Program-made: the position numbers and the translations under genes
Notes under the pieces: model-generated
Databases searched by the model: none
The model's input: the letters and a program-made list of their open reading frames with translations, nothing else
What the model was told of the DNA's origin: nothing
Assembly (NCBI GenBank): GCA_964016885.1
Contig: OZ024740.1
Coordinates: forward strand, 344,100,001 to 344,164,000
Direction: 5' to 3'
Origin: Eledone cirrhosa
Lineage: Eukaryota
DNA length: 64,000 bases
Part shown: positions 29,743-43,123 of the stretch, piece by piece
Layout of the letters: each line of letters starts with the position of its first letter
Position numbering within the stretch: position 1 is the stretch's first letter

Positions 29743-32219
29743 ACATATATAACCGTGTGATGTTAATGGACGTAAAATTGTATACTCACTACCGAACTGG
29801 AGTTTAAATATACTTTATTCTGGCAGTGACGGGTCATGTTGCCCTGGAGTTATCTGTGCACTCACACTATCATCGGACAGCAATAAATGATGCTCTTCAA
29901 TCCACGTTTGGGGAGTCTGCTCTTATTGCTGCCTTCATTGTTGCCCTTTGTTTCCTTTCATCCCCGCTTTTCCACCACCTCTGGGGTAAATGCCTTCATA
30001 CGAAACTTACCTCTAGCAGCTGAATTTTCTGACAGGCACCTTTAATTTAATTGCTTAAGCTTTCTCCCTTACAATTGACTAAATCTCTGGAATAGCACTG
30101 TATTTTTGTTGGTAATATAGAGGTATTGTTCATATTATTTCGTGTTACTTTTCCACTCAACATATGTGCGTATTTTCCTATGAAGATGATAATGATTGAT
30201 ACATTCCGTGCTCCCCAATTACATTACTCGTGAATCGGGCTTTATCTCCTTATACACTGCAGCACCAGCATATATAAAACGAATACTTTTCGCATAATTA
30301 TTTCATGTTAAACTGGTAAATCACGACAAAGCTTAAATATCAGAACGTATTGATTTTAATCATTATACAAACCATCATTATCTAAATTTTAATTCTTTTC
30401 ATAAGATAGTAGATAATGTTTATAAGATGTTTGGTTGCAATTCCTAACAATTGCCACAAAAAATACTTTTTTTACCTAATTCATATAAAGTGTTATTGTC
30501 AGACATTTTGTCTCAAACATAATTTAATACACCGAATGCTATATATATTTTGATATCTTAGTACCCAAATTAATTTACATGCATAAAATCTTGACTACCC
30601 ATCATGCGTAGAAAATTCTTTATCTTTCGAACTATTGAACTAATCGCTTACTTATCAAGAAATTACAAACAGTGATACTTCGTTCTATCTTCTTCTTCTT
30701 CTTCTTCTTCTTCTTCTTCTTCTTCTTCTTCTTCTTCTTCTTCTTCTTCTTCTTCTTCTTCTTCTTCTTCTTCCAGTGCTACTCTCTAAGGAATGATAAA
30801 GCGCGATTCCATCCGTTTCCATCTCATTCATCACAAATTCTTTCATCATATCCACTCAGATTGAGAAACAGTAGCATTCAACCACATTGTATTTACTAAA
30901 AGAGCCTCATGATTGATTAAGCTGGCAGCCACAGCTCTCTTATATTAGTTAGCAGCTGTTCGACATTGGTGCACGGACAGGTGAATGCCAAGAATAAAAA
31001 AACAACTTTACGCTAGGTGTAAAAATTCCGTATATGTGTCCGCTGGTTATTAAGATTGATCTTAGTCACTATGACGCTATATCTAATAATAGAAATGAAA
31101 TAATGTTATTTGACAAGAGAAATTCGAACAACATTCTTGTATACAAATAGTTTAGTAAAAACACTGAACTTAGTACAAAGCTAGAAATAAATCGTTCAAT
31201 AAATACAAGTTAGTGAGAAATAGAATTTCAGCAGTTCTGTATCTTACAATGTTCCACGCCGAATTAATAACGAGAATGTTTTTTTCATATAGGGTACAAA
31301 ACTTTATATATATATATAGGACAGAATGTTGGGTTAAAAGCGGGTTTTATTTTTTTATGAACATTAGCAATCAATGTGAAGTGAAATGATTACATGGAAA
31401 TATGGATATCAATGTGAGAGATCACCCTTGTTTCATGATGTATAAAGGGTCATTTGATCTACTGAAATCTCCCTCAAACCAAACTGATTAGTTACTGTAG
31501 TCCTGAAAGAATCATATATCCAAAGAATGTGGTGGTCAAGTCTAGAACGCCGTTGATCATAGATCACGCTTCATGTGATCTATGCAACAAAAACAAGACT
31601 AACAACAACAATAAGAAGAATTAAATTAAAGAAGAATAAAATCAATGATATCTTAAGTATCTAAAACATAAAGGGTAAAATAAATATGTGGCTAGACGAC
31701 CAAAACTATATGAAACAAGGCTAGGGTGATGTAATTATATAATAGGCGTAAATTTGATAAAAGACGGAATAATTGTAGATGTATAATAAATTACGCAATG
31801 ATTAACACTGATAATATAGAAAGAACTTAAACGAAAATTTAAATGAAAACAGAACTTCAAAATTGAATTTTATAGATGTGAAATAGAATGTTATGTGGTG
31901 TACAGGTAACTGCTGAGCTCACTATGCTAAGAAGACAGGATAGTTTTTACCTAAAATTTAAGTATATTTAAGGTAAATGCGTTACAGTGTACACTGGGCA
32001 TATATTTTTGTTATATATATATATATATACATACATTGGCGGAATAGTTCGCACAATATTGGTTGCCAGGAAGAGACAAAGAGACCCCCACACAACTACA
32101 ATACTATCATTTAATGTTTTTATATCGAATAACATTTTTTTTAAAAATCCTTTATATTTTGTGTATGCAATTGACACAAAAATTTTAAAGTAAAAATACA
32201 GATTATAAAATAAATTATA

Positions 32220-32864
32220 CGAGCGGTGCTTTTAGAACAGAGAAGCTGAAGGAAGCTATAGCCACAGAACCATAGCTAGAGCTTCCAAGGCGAACAGTGT
32301 TTTTAGAATAGCGAAACCGAAGGAAGCTATAGCCACAGAACCATAGCTAGAGCTTCCAAGGCGAACAGTGCTTTTAGGATAGCGAAACCGAAGGAAGTTA
32401 TAGCCACAGAACCATAGCTAGAGCTTCCAAGGCGAACAGTGTTTTTAGAATAGCGAAACCGAAGGAAGTTATAGCCACAGAACCATAGCTAGAGCTTCCA
32501 AGGTGAACAGTGTTTTTAGAATAGCGAAACCGAAGGAAGCTATAGCCACAGAACCATAGCTAGAGCTTCCAAGGCGATCAGTGCTTTTAGGATAGCGAAA
32601 CCGAAGGAAGTTATAGCTACAGAACTATATCTAGAGCTTCCAAGGCGATCAGTGCTTTTAGGATAGCGAAACCGAAGGAAGTTATAGCCACTGAACCATA
32701 GCTAGAGCTTCCAAGGAGAGCGGTGCTTTACAGCGATATCGAAAGAAGCTATAACCATAGAAGCACAGCTAGAGCTATCTAGGCGAGCGGTGCTTTTAAC
32801 ACAGCGAAGCCAAAGGAAGCTATAGCCACAGAACCACAGCTAGATCTTCCAAGGCTAGCGGTGC
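32220..32864. repeat. 71-bp minisatellite, about 9 units
   Basis: CGAACAGTG recurs at 32291, 32362 and 32433; the terminal units are more diverged. Confidence 0.95.
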
Positions 32865-33232
32865 TTCTTCTACATTCTACTTTCTTTTAGTTGGCAAGAC
32901 CAGAAGAAGAAAAAAATCTTCATCTTGGCGTAAGGAGATTGAAATCAGAATAGTCTTTGCTAATTAAAATTAGCAGTTATACAACCACTTAGACAGCGCA
33001 AAATTTGTACCACACTACCACTTAGACTGCTAAAAATTTAAAGCATTTTAAAGTTATAATGCAAATATTAACCTTTGGAATCTTTATGGTCTTACTTACT
33101 TTACACTTACGTATTGATTTACTGAAGTATTTTATATTGTTGGATATCGGGTTCGGTTATTCTATCAATTAGTAAAGACTAAAATTTACTGTTATTTATT
33201 TAATTATTTTCATTTCTATCTGTACAAATAGC

Positions 33233-33263
<31 letters not shown>

Positions 33264-33306
33264 AAGAAGAAGAAGAGGAGGAGAAGGAGAAGGAGAAGGA
33301 GAAGGA

Positions 33307-33428
<122 letters not shown>

Positions 33429-34497
33429 TACAACATGTTCCACAAGAGGAGTGATGTCGATAGACTCTACCTAAGGAGATCTGAGGGTGGAAGAGGTCTT
33501 ATCAGCATAGAGGACTGTGTTCAGATGGAGAAAAACAACCTATACAAATACGTGACCTATAGTAAGGAGCCAATGCTCAGAACTGTACTGAAGGAGGGGA
33601 CAGTAGGCCAGGGGATGTCCAAGGAGGAAATAATATCAAGGAGGAAGAGCAGCCTTAAGGGAAAATCCTTTCATAGTACCTTCTTTGAGAAAACTGAATT
33701 TAGAGATCCACAGACATGGAACTGGTTGAGAAGAGGAGACCTCAAAAAGGCTACAGAAGGAATGCTAATGGCTGCGCAGGAGCAGGCCCTCAAAACGAAG
33801 TGGTTGAAGCACCATATTTACAAGGAGGAGGCTAGCCCACTGTGCAGGATCTGTGGAGAGAGAGAGGAGACTGTGGCTCACATTGTGTCCGAGTGTAAAC
33901 ACCTAGCCCAGACCCACTATAAGGGCTGGAGACACGATGTGATGGGCAGGGTGATCCACTGGCACCTGTGCAAAGTAAACAATTTACCACATTCTGAGAA
34001 ATGGTATGAGCATAGGCCAGAGGCGGTGATGGAGAACAATCAGGTGAAGGTGCTGTGGGATTTTAGGATACAGACGGACAAAAAACTGGAACACAATAGA
34101 CCTGACCTGGTGGTTGTGGACAAAGAAAAAAGATCGTGTCTGATTGTGGATGTGGCCTGCCCTTTCGACACGAGAGTGCAAGAGAAGGAGAGGGAGAAAA
34201 TTAACCGATACCAGGACCTAAAGTGGGAGGTGAAAAGGATTTGGAACTGCCATGAAGTCAAAGTGATCCCGATTGTCATAGGCGCACTGGGGACTATCTC
34301 CAAAAGTTTCCAGGGATGGTTAAAGAAAATCGGCCCCTTCACGCTTTTTGGAACGCTTCAAAAGGCATGCTTGCTTGGAACAGCAAGAACCCTCCGATAC
34401 GTCCTGAATATCTGAGGCTGCAGGTAGTGGCTTGATATTCATTCCAACGGACTTTCCAGTTAACCAACATCAATGACTGAGATTCAAGGAATAAAAA
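33429..34497 (+). mobile_element. 5'-truncated R4/Dong-like non-LTR retrotransposon (thumb, CCHC knuckle, REL endonuclease; ORF 33435-34415) in (TAA)n
   Basis: RLYLRRSEGGRGL, CRICGEREETVAHIVSEC, RHD, RPDLVV..IVDVACP..EKINRYQDL and PIVIGALG. (TAA)n directly on both sides; 326 uninterrupted codons. Confidence 0.92.
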
Positions 34498-34545
34498 CAA
34501 TAATAATAATAATAATAATAATAATTTTGCTTCTCGTTTTGCTAG

Positions 34546-34612
34546 AAGAAGTTAGAATGTGCAAGATGGCTTCGCCGTGGTTGAAGCCCCGCTCGCCTCG
34601 GACGCTCGAGAT
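34546..34612 (+). other. Candidate host exon
   Basis: Polypyrimidine tract plus TAG acceptor, GTGAGT donor, CpG-rich, and AAGATGG start context giving MASPWLKPRSPRTLE. Confidence 0.3.
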
Positions 34613-34829
34613 GTGAGTCTTTTTATTGGAGAAGTTAAGGTATTTTTAATATATTATATATTCTATAATCTGTATTTTCACTTTACAATTTAACAGTCAA
34701 TTGGATACACAGAAAAAGGAAAATAAATTTTAATTTTATGTATTTGATATTAAAATTAAATGATAGCCTTATAGTTGTGTGGACTCTTTTGTCTCTTCCT
34801 GGCAAACAATATTTTTTAGATCCAGTCTG

Positions 34830-34875
<46 letters not shown>

Positions 34876-34930
34876 CGTGTGTATATGTTCGCGAGACAAT
34901 TGTTTTGAGTGTCTATTCAAAGCAAAGGAA

Positions 34931-35121
34931 AATAATTGTTTCTACTTTAGGCACAAGGCCAGCAATTAACCAGTGCATTACTGGTACTTTATTTTATCGA
35001 CCCCGTAAGGATGAAAGGCAAAGTCAACAACCTCGGCGGGATTTGAATTCAGATCCTAAAGGGACGTAACTATGCTGGAAAGCATGGCGTCCGACCCTCT
35101 ACCGATACTGCCAATCCACCT
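34931..35121 (-). mobile_element. SINE (same family)
   Basis: Reverse complement of head, core and tail. Confidence 0.9.
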
Positions 35122-35586
35122 ACGAATGCATCTAATGTCAACCGCGTTGTTTATAATTCTAGGCTCTATGATGAAAATATTCTTAAAAGACAGAATTGAT
35201 GGTCAGACTTATTTTTAGCGATGTAGTTAGCGCATTTATTCGACATCAGATTGATGCAGGCTTTGAAGCTTTGATTGTCGACATTTCCCCCTCTGAACTG
35301 TTACTTGACTTTAGTCAAGTTTTCTCAACTATTATTTTGGTCATTTGTGGTGTATCATACGCATTTTAGCCTTCAAATTTTCGAAATGCTTTTTTATGCC
35401 AACAGTTTTATTTCTTTCAGTATAAATATACAGGAGCCGTAGTGATATATTAAAACTGCTGATTTCTTCCAGAGAAAAGAGAGAGAGAGAAAAAGTGATG
35501 AAGTATGATAGGGGAAAAATCGACCCCAGCACAGGAATCGTACTTTATTTATCGCTACGTTCTTATAAAATAAATAAATAAATACA

Positions 35587-35617
<31 letters not shown>

Positions 35618-36074
35618 ATATATATATATATATAAAAATATATATATACACACACACACACACACATACATACATAATTATGACTTGGAATGAACATATA
35701 TTATCAAACAGTTTTCTTTATCACAGTCTCAGTGTATTTTAAATGGCCATGGGCAATGTCATACCTCACCATTAGTAAATAATAAATGGGATACATATCA
35801 TGAGTAAACATCACAACAATATGTAATATAAAAAGAAAAATACTAAAAGAAAAGCAATTCTCCGTAATGGCAACAAGAGTTCACACATATTCTGTCTCAG
35901 TCTCGATTGTCAAGGTTATGAGATCTGGCCTTCATCACTCTGTCAATGGTGGTTCCTTTCTTATTCTTGCTTATGAAAAATGGTAATTAATACTCAAACA
36001 TATCACTCACACAGTTGCATGTCATCTTATGTCAGATATCTATGCAAGCGCGTACATTTATGAGTATGGGCAAT

Positions 36075-36143
<69 letters not shown>

Positions 36144-36256
36144 ACCTCTCTCTCTCCCCCTCTCTCTCTCCCTCTCTCTTTCTCCCCTCTCTCTCTTTGT
36201 TTCTCTTTCTCTCATTCTGTACACACATGCACACACACACACAAATACACACACAT

Positions 36257-36301
<45 letters not shown>

Positions 36302-36426
36302 CACTCATACACATATAAATGTATTTATATAAATATATATATATATATACATACATACACAAATATATTGTTGAGTATATACATATTAGTAAAAACACGT
36401 ATAAATACACATACATATGTATATGT

Positions 36427-36472
<46 letters not shown>

Positions 36473-36562
36473 ACGTATATATACATATTTACTGTATATA
36501 TAAATATTGTCACTCTTTTTATATATACATACTGTAAAAATGTATATATATACACACACACA

Positions 36563-36682
<120 letters not shown>

Positions 36683-37339
36683 TATTTATGGATGCATGGA
36701 TACATCCATATTGGTATAGAGTAATTTCATATGGCTGTAATGTCAGTAGAGAAGTGTTCGAAAAGATTGCGGAGGTCTATTTATTCATCATTGACAGAAA
36801 CCGGTGTGTATGTTTTGGAAACAAAATAGGGATGAAGCTGACAAGAAGGATTCTGACTGTGGTGACACTCATCCATGATAAGCGTTTAATCTCCTTTCGC
36901 CACCTCATTTTACTTTCACTCCCCGTACCCCATCTCGTTCTCAGTCTATATTTCTCGAAAATCACACATTACAGGAGATTAAGCGGAAGAAGAGTATTGT
37001 ATAAAAAATAGAAATATTATGAGCCGCGAATAAGGTAATGTAATCTGTAAGCATAGGTGAAGAGGCGGGATTATCAGAGGAAAATGAAAACTGGAATGAT
37101 TGGATTAAGAAATGTGGTGGCGGCAAAAGTGAATGTTACTAGAGAATGAGTATGATATATTTTGTGTATGTGTGTTTATATGTGTGTATGTTTGTGAGAG
37201 GAGGGAACAGGGCAGAAGACGAGCTATGTTGGGGGTGGTGGTGTGTGAAGCGATGCCATGGAGGTCTTAACTATGGCAGCTATATTGTAGCAATGTCAGC
37301 GATGGCACCACAGAAAGAGAATTTCTAGCGAGCAGCGGG

Positions 37340-39500
37340 AATTATGATGACGATAATAATGGTGATCATTGTGGCAATGTTGATGATAAAAATAGAGGTT
37401 ATGACCGTGATGATGATGACGAAGAAGAACAAGAAGAAGAAGAAGAAGAAGAAGAAGAAAAAGAAGAAGAAGAAGAAGAAGAAGAAGATGATGATGATGA
37501 TGATGATGATGATTAAGACTGTGCTGGTAATGATAACTGCCCTTATTCTGTCATTGTGATGATTCTGTTCAGCTGCTGCTGCTATGATGTTGGTGCAGCC
37601 ATGGTGTTGTTAATATAATGCTATTGCTGCTGCTATGATGCTGTTACAGCTATGATCTGGTTTCTATAATGTTGTTACTGCTGCTATGATATTGCAGATA
37701 TGATATAACTATAATATTGCTGCTGCTATGATGTTGTTGCATCTATGCTACCGCTGCTGTTGCTTTCGTGATGCTGTTTGTGACAAATAACGTCTATTAG
37801 GATGTCATAACTGCTATGATCCTGCTAATATGATGCTGCTACGATGTTGCTACTGCAAAATTGTTGCTGTTGTTATGATGATGCAGCTATTGTGATGTCA
37901 CTACTACACATTTGTTGTCGCTGTAATGATGCTGTTCGGATGATGAGGTTGTGATTTTGGTTTCTGATTTAGGCACAGGGCCAACAGTTTGTAGGTGAGC
38001 TCACAGTACATTACTGGTACTTTATTTTATCTACCCCGGAATGATGAAAGGCAAAGGTAATCCCGGCAGGATTTGAACTCAGATCATAAATGGGCGTAAT
38101 ATTATGCCATACTTGCCCACGCTTTGTGATGTTGCTGCTGTGGTATATCTGTTGTGATATTGCTGATGAAATGTTTCTGCATAGCTATTATCATTGCTGT
38201 GATGTTACTGTTATGGTGCAGATGCTATGATGCTCTTACTCTAGTGTATTTACTATGATATTGCTGTAGTGATATTGATGTTTAGATGGTGTTGTAGTGA
38301 TGTTAATGCAGTTATCTACCGCGATGTGGCTACCGAGATGCTGCTGTGATATTGCTACTGAAATGCTGCGGTGATGGTGTTGTTATGATGTTGCTGCTGT
38401 GATGCTGCAGTTGTGATATTGCTCCTGTGATGCTGCTCTAATGCTGCTGCTGTGATGTTGCTGCTGTAATGCTGCTGCTGTGATGTTGCTGCTGTGATGT
38501 TGCTGTTGTGCAGTTGCTGCAGTAATGCTGTTACCATAATGCTACTGAAGTGATGTTGCTGTTGTAATGTTGCAGCTATAATGCTGATGCTTCGATATTG
38601 CTGCTGTAATATTGCTGCTGTGATGCTGCTGTGATGTTTCTGCTCTAATGCTGCTGTTGAGATGTTGCTACTGTATAGTTGCTGTTGTTATGCTGCTGCT
38701 GTGATGTCACCGCTGTGATATTGCTGATGCGGTGTTGCTGTTCTAATGCTGTTGCTGTTAAATTGCTGTTATGTGGTTGCTGTTGCAACGCTGTTGTTGT
38801 GGTGTTGATGCTGTAATGTTGCTGTTGTGTGGTTGCTGCTGTACTGCTGCTGTTGTGATATTGCTACTGTGTAGTTGCTGCTGTAATGCTACTGCTGTGA
38901 TGTCGCTGCTGTAATATCGTTGGTGTGATATTTCTGCGCCGATGTTGCTGCAGTTATGTTGTTGAGGTGTTGACACAGTGATCATTTTGAAGTGTGGCTA
39001 CTGTTGGGTGTTGCTGAATAAAATTGTTGAAATACTGCTGCAGCAAGGTTGCTGCAGATTTTGCTGCTACTGTGATTATATTGCTGCTATGATGCAGCTG
39101 CTAAGATATTGCATCTATGATGCGGATTTTATGATGCATCTGATGCGGTAATAGTGTTGGGGTGTTGCTCATGCTCTGTGAAGCATTCTATATTAAATTT
39201 AGAATCGGAGATAGCAATTGGTAATAGCCGTAGCAGTCATACGAATGGTGGTACTGGTGAATATAATGGTCGCTGGGACAGAGAAAATGGTAGAAGTTTT
39301 GTTGCTTTTGGTGGAAGTTCGTTTGGAAGTTGTTGGAGAGGTTGTGCTGGTTTTGGTGTCTGTGTTGATTGTGGTAGTGGTGTTAGTAAAATTGGTGTTT
39401 GTGGTGCTGGAGTCTAGATGGAAACGATAGGCTGGATATTAAGATCATTGGTGATTGTTATATTTGCGGTTGTGCTTGGTGTTGCTGGCATTAGATAATA
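37340..39500. repeat. Degenerate GCT/GAT/GTT low-complexity array with a SINE inserted at ~37960-38100 (-)
   Basis: Recurrent GCTGCTGTGATGTT-like units; all frames are broken. Confidence 0.85.
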
Positions 39501-39810
39501 AGGTGGTGGGCGTATTGAGTATATAATAGTGATGTTAGATTATATAAAATATATGTGGCGAAGTTGACCTTACTAACAGAAGTTCAGTAGTCAGTTGGTA
39601 AAGTATATATAATAGGTTAAGCATTCAAATCAACTACGGACATTCCATTGTACACCATAATATATTGTAAATTGTCTCCCTTTATTCTCAGTGTATGACA
39701 ATCTAAAAGACGTATAACAATATAAGAATTCTCGCCCCATTTCTTTTTCTTTCTGTCTGTCTACCTTTCTAGTATACTCACACACACTCATAAATATCCC
39801 ACCAAATATC

Positions 39811-39913
<103 letters not shown>

Positions 39914-40022
39914 AAAGTATCTCTGTCACTAGTAGAGCGTGGTTCATAATAGTGTTCCATATGAAAACATATGGGATATGTTTATGTATAATAAATACAG
40001 AATAATCTCCATAGCCGGTCAC

Positions 40023-40069
40023 AATGTTAAACAGGTGTTTCTGGATTTATATCCGTCATCAGTAACATT
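40023..40069 (-). ncRNA. Compact type I hammerhead ribozyme motif (C.A at 10.1/11.1, GUU site)
   Basis: aatgtta-CTGATGA-c-ggat-ataa-atcc-a-GAAAC-acct-GTT-taacatt; perfect 7-bp stem I. Confidence 0.8.
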
Positions 40070-40501
40070 TACTCACTCGAAATTGAGATAAGAATAAGCT
40101 AACAGCTTATATGGTTTTTTTCCGTATGTCACATTGGAGGGTGATGCTCAATTGTATATATTGCGAAATTGAGAGGCAACAATTAATTAGCAGTATCAGT
40201 AACGAACTGTAGGCCGGAGCTTAGTCAATGTGATATTTTTATGAAATGTAATCTTTTAGTCATAAAAAGAAACAAAAAGAAATATTGCACAAAGCCTATC
40301 ATTGCAATGGCATTGGAAATAGTTTCTGGTTCATGAAATAATTTATTTAAAGTATTATGTAAATAAGTATTGTGGTATTTGTATAAGAAACACTTTATAA
40401 GAAAAAAGAAATACAATTGTCCATTTTTAATTTCGATCATATATTTAAATTGGACTTCCCTCTCTTCCTCCCTCACATTCTCTTATATATATATATATAT
40501 A

Positions 40502-40830
40502 TCATAAAGTGTCAGGACGCGGCGGCTGAGCTAATTCAATTATATTAAATAAATGGAAACTATATTTATAAAACTATATTTATTCTATTATCAAGGGTAC
40601 CAACATTTTGGTACACTCTCATCAGATAAAATACAAAGTTTGTTTTATAAATATTGACATAACCAGGAAGAAGATCTTAACCGTTCAAGTTTTTCCTGGT
40701 TTCATAAATATAGTTTCCATTTATTTAATATCTTTGAATATTATACTCCAAAATACAGTCGAGTGCTTCGAATCAGTTATAAACATTTATATTTGTTGAA
40801 ACACCAACAAATTAAATATCCCTTTTACTT
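40502..40830 (-). mobile_element. (TA)n-embedded PLE-type 3' end, family G (second copy ~50540-50745) with decayed HHR
   Basis: Shared ATATTAAATAAATGGAAA..TTTATAAAAC. Minus strand has CTGATGAG-hairpin here and CTGAGGAAGG..CCTGAAA at ~50592-50633. Confidence 0.6.
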
Positions 40831-40854
40831 ATATATATATATATATATATATAT

Positions 40855-41325
40855 ATGAATGTATGTATAGTATATTTGGCAATATACCGTATTTTGAAGA
40901 CCTTGCGCTTTCATTTTAAAGTAATGACTATGTCACTTACCGTTTTTTAATTAAACATACGGTATATTGCCAAATATACTATACACACATTCATGTATAC
41001 ATCGCTATTTCAGAGTACCAATCCTAATTTTCAATTTTTGCTAGACCGGCAATTAGTTCCTGATTATTACTGGAATTCTATAAGAATCCAGCCTCTATAA
41101 TTTTCAGCAAGGCAGGGAGTACGTTGCTCTGAGGAACACCAACATTGTGAAACAGAATCTGTCATCTTCTCTCCCTTCTCCCGAAAAATAAGAAGTAAGT
41201 GACATAGTCACTATTTAAAGTGATAGCGCATGGTCTACAACATGTTTTTAATTAAACCACCGGTATATTGCCAAATTTACTATACATACATTCCTGTATA
41301 CATCGCTATTTCAGAGCACCAATCC

Positions 41326-41330
<5 letters not shown>
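40855..41330 (+). mobile_element. pLTR-like remnant with tandem and inverted segments and an HHR core at 41129-41163
   Basis: ~40945-41030 repeats at ~41245-41330, and 40855-40895 and ~40900-40940 are inverted copies of internal parts. CTGAGGA..GAAAC-agaatct-GTC. Confidence 0.7.
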
Positions 41331-41367
<37 letters not shown>

Positions 41368-41379
41368 ATATTTATATAC

Positions 41380-41855
41380 ACACTCAACCTCCTGAATCCT
41401 CACACCACCTCCCCCACCCTCTGACCCCTCTCCTTCCACACGCACGCACACACCTTCTCTTGAACATGGAACCTCGTTCTTCCTCAAACTCTCACATACA
41501 CACGCACACACACTCACGTACACCTACACACGTACACAAACACACCTTCAGCCTTCCCCGCTTCGACCTCCCACCTCCCTCTCCCAACTCCACCCGCCAC
41601 CACCCTTACAAGCCTCACACCCTTCCGCCACCTGTCCATCTTATTGTTTATTCTTATGTTTATTTTTACGTTTATTTTTATTTTTATTTGTTCTCCTTCC
41701 CCCTTTTTTCTAAATGTATTTCCACACACCCTCTGAACTCTCTTCCTAACCTATTTACTCCTGAAGAAGGGCTTATGCCCGAAACGTCCCCCTCCCCTCT
41801 CAAAAGCGTGAACCTAATAAACCTTTATTTGTCTGCCTCTCTGTTTTGTTCCCGT
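41380..41855 (+). mobile_element. PLE 3' UTR, family E, with HHR core CTGAAGAAGGGCTTATGCCCGAAACGTC at 41761
   Basis: Homologous to the reverse complement of ~27480-27960. Confidence 0.8.
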
Positions 41856-42120
41856 ATAAATTTGTAGTTAGCTGACAGAAGACGGTATTTTAGAATTTTG
41901 TTCCGTTCAGCTGCGAATGCTGTAGCTCTCCCCCTTACCGCTGCATCCAGAATGTGGGAAGAAGCAAAAGAGTCACTAACTGTGACGTCCCGGGTAAGGC
42001 ATTGCCTCCTGACCAGGAGCACAGAGTAAGACCTTTAAGTCTTTTCCCATCAATTCAGGACAACCCTGACGGTTGCAAAATTGAGGGGAGTTTGCCCTGG
42101 CCAAAGCTCTTAAGTGGTAA
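41856..42120 (-). mobile_element. CRE-like non-LTR retrotransposon REL endonuclease fragment
   Basis: QPSGLS*IDGKRLKGLTL..W then DVTVSDSFASSH..AAERNKILKY, matching the EPxGL..DGKRPDG..WDVTV..K..KY pattern; frameshifted. Confidence 0.7.
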
Positions 42121-42296
42121 TAGGACAGTGTGCGTATGTGCGCGCGCGTGAGTTTGTCGACGTTCTTAAATTAGGGACACATGTGTGTGTCACTGTTTTT
42201 AAGTGAGACATACATATGTGTGTATCCCTTTCCTTCCTTTTACACACACATACATTCACACAAACACATACACACATTGCGTAATGGACGGGTGGA

Positions 42297-42905
42297 CATG
42301 TGAATGGAGTTCTACTGAAGCAGTTAGGGAAGTTCAAGTATCTTGGAGCCGTGTTCATGAGTGATGGAATGTAGGAGTCTGAATTAAGTGCAACAATTGC
42401 AAAAGCTGATGCAGTAATGCACCAGCCTCAGCATTCAGCAATCAGATGAAGGGGTGTTGATGTAAAAGCCAAACTCGCTGTATTCCTGGTATTCCTGCCA
42501 ACTCTTACCGAGGATCATGAATATTGAGTAATGTCCAAAAGAATACAATTGCAAATAAAATTGGCATAAATGGGATTCCTCCGAAGGGTCTCAGAGATTC
42601 ACTCCTGGTAGAGCCGCTACTTCTCTAAATTGAGAGATCACAACTCCAATATTATGAGCATGGGATTAGAATGTCTCAGTAAAGAATCGCTGGACACATT
42701 TTACAGGCAAATCCAATTGGCAATAGACCCAGAGGTAGACCCTGAGCAAGATAGTTGGATAACATCGATGAGCTTGGCTTGTCACGCTTTTAGATCCAGC
42801 TGGATCAGTTAGAGATGTTTGCTACTAACAGACTCGCTGGAAGGAGTGTTTAAGAAGGACTCTGTCCACACGACCCTCTCAGAAAAAAGTGGGTGAAGAA
42901 GAAGA
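42297..42905 (+). mobile_element. Degenerate RTE-clade LINE 3' fragment
   Basis: VNGVLLKQLGKFKYLGAVFMSDG..FLPTLT..MGFLRRVS with stops; (GAA)n tail. Confidence 0.8.
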
Positions 42906-42989
42906 TATTGTGAATTTACTTTTCAATTTACATATATCTATATGCATATATATATTTGCGTATAATACCAATATGCACACTACATATGG

Positions 42990-43026
42990 TAGCAGAAAAC
43001 CGCGCGCTGGGCGGTTTTTCTGCTAG
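42990..43026 (+). mobile_element. Helitron-like 3' terminal hairpin ending CTAG|T
   Basis: TAGCAGAAAACCGC-gcgctgg-GCGGTTTTTCTGCTAG followed by T. Confidence 0.5.
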
Positions 43027-43123
43027 TATATATAATATATATATATAAACCCGTAGAGCAAATATACATTATAAGTTCAGATTTAAGTTTAAGCAAAGAA
43101 TCGCTGCTTTCACCCTTAACTGA

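Noticed and set aside
32220-32864. CRISPR-like regular repeat
   Set aside because: Units are contiguous with no unique spacers, there are no cas genes, and the context is eukaryotic.
37340-39500. Possible polyQ/Ala or Gly-rich protein exon
   Set aside because: Repeat phase shifts constantly and all frames contain stops; no convincing splice structure.
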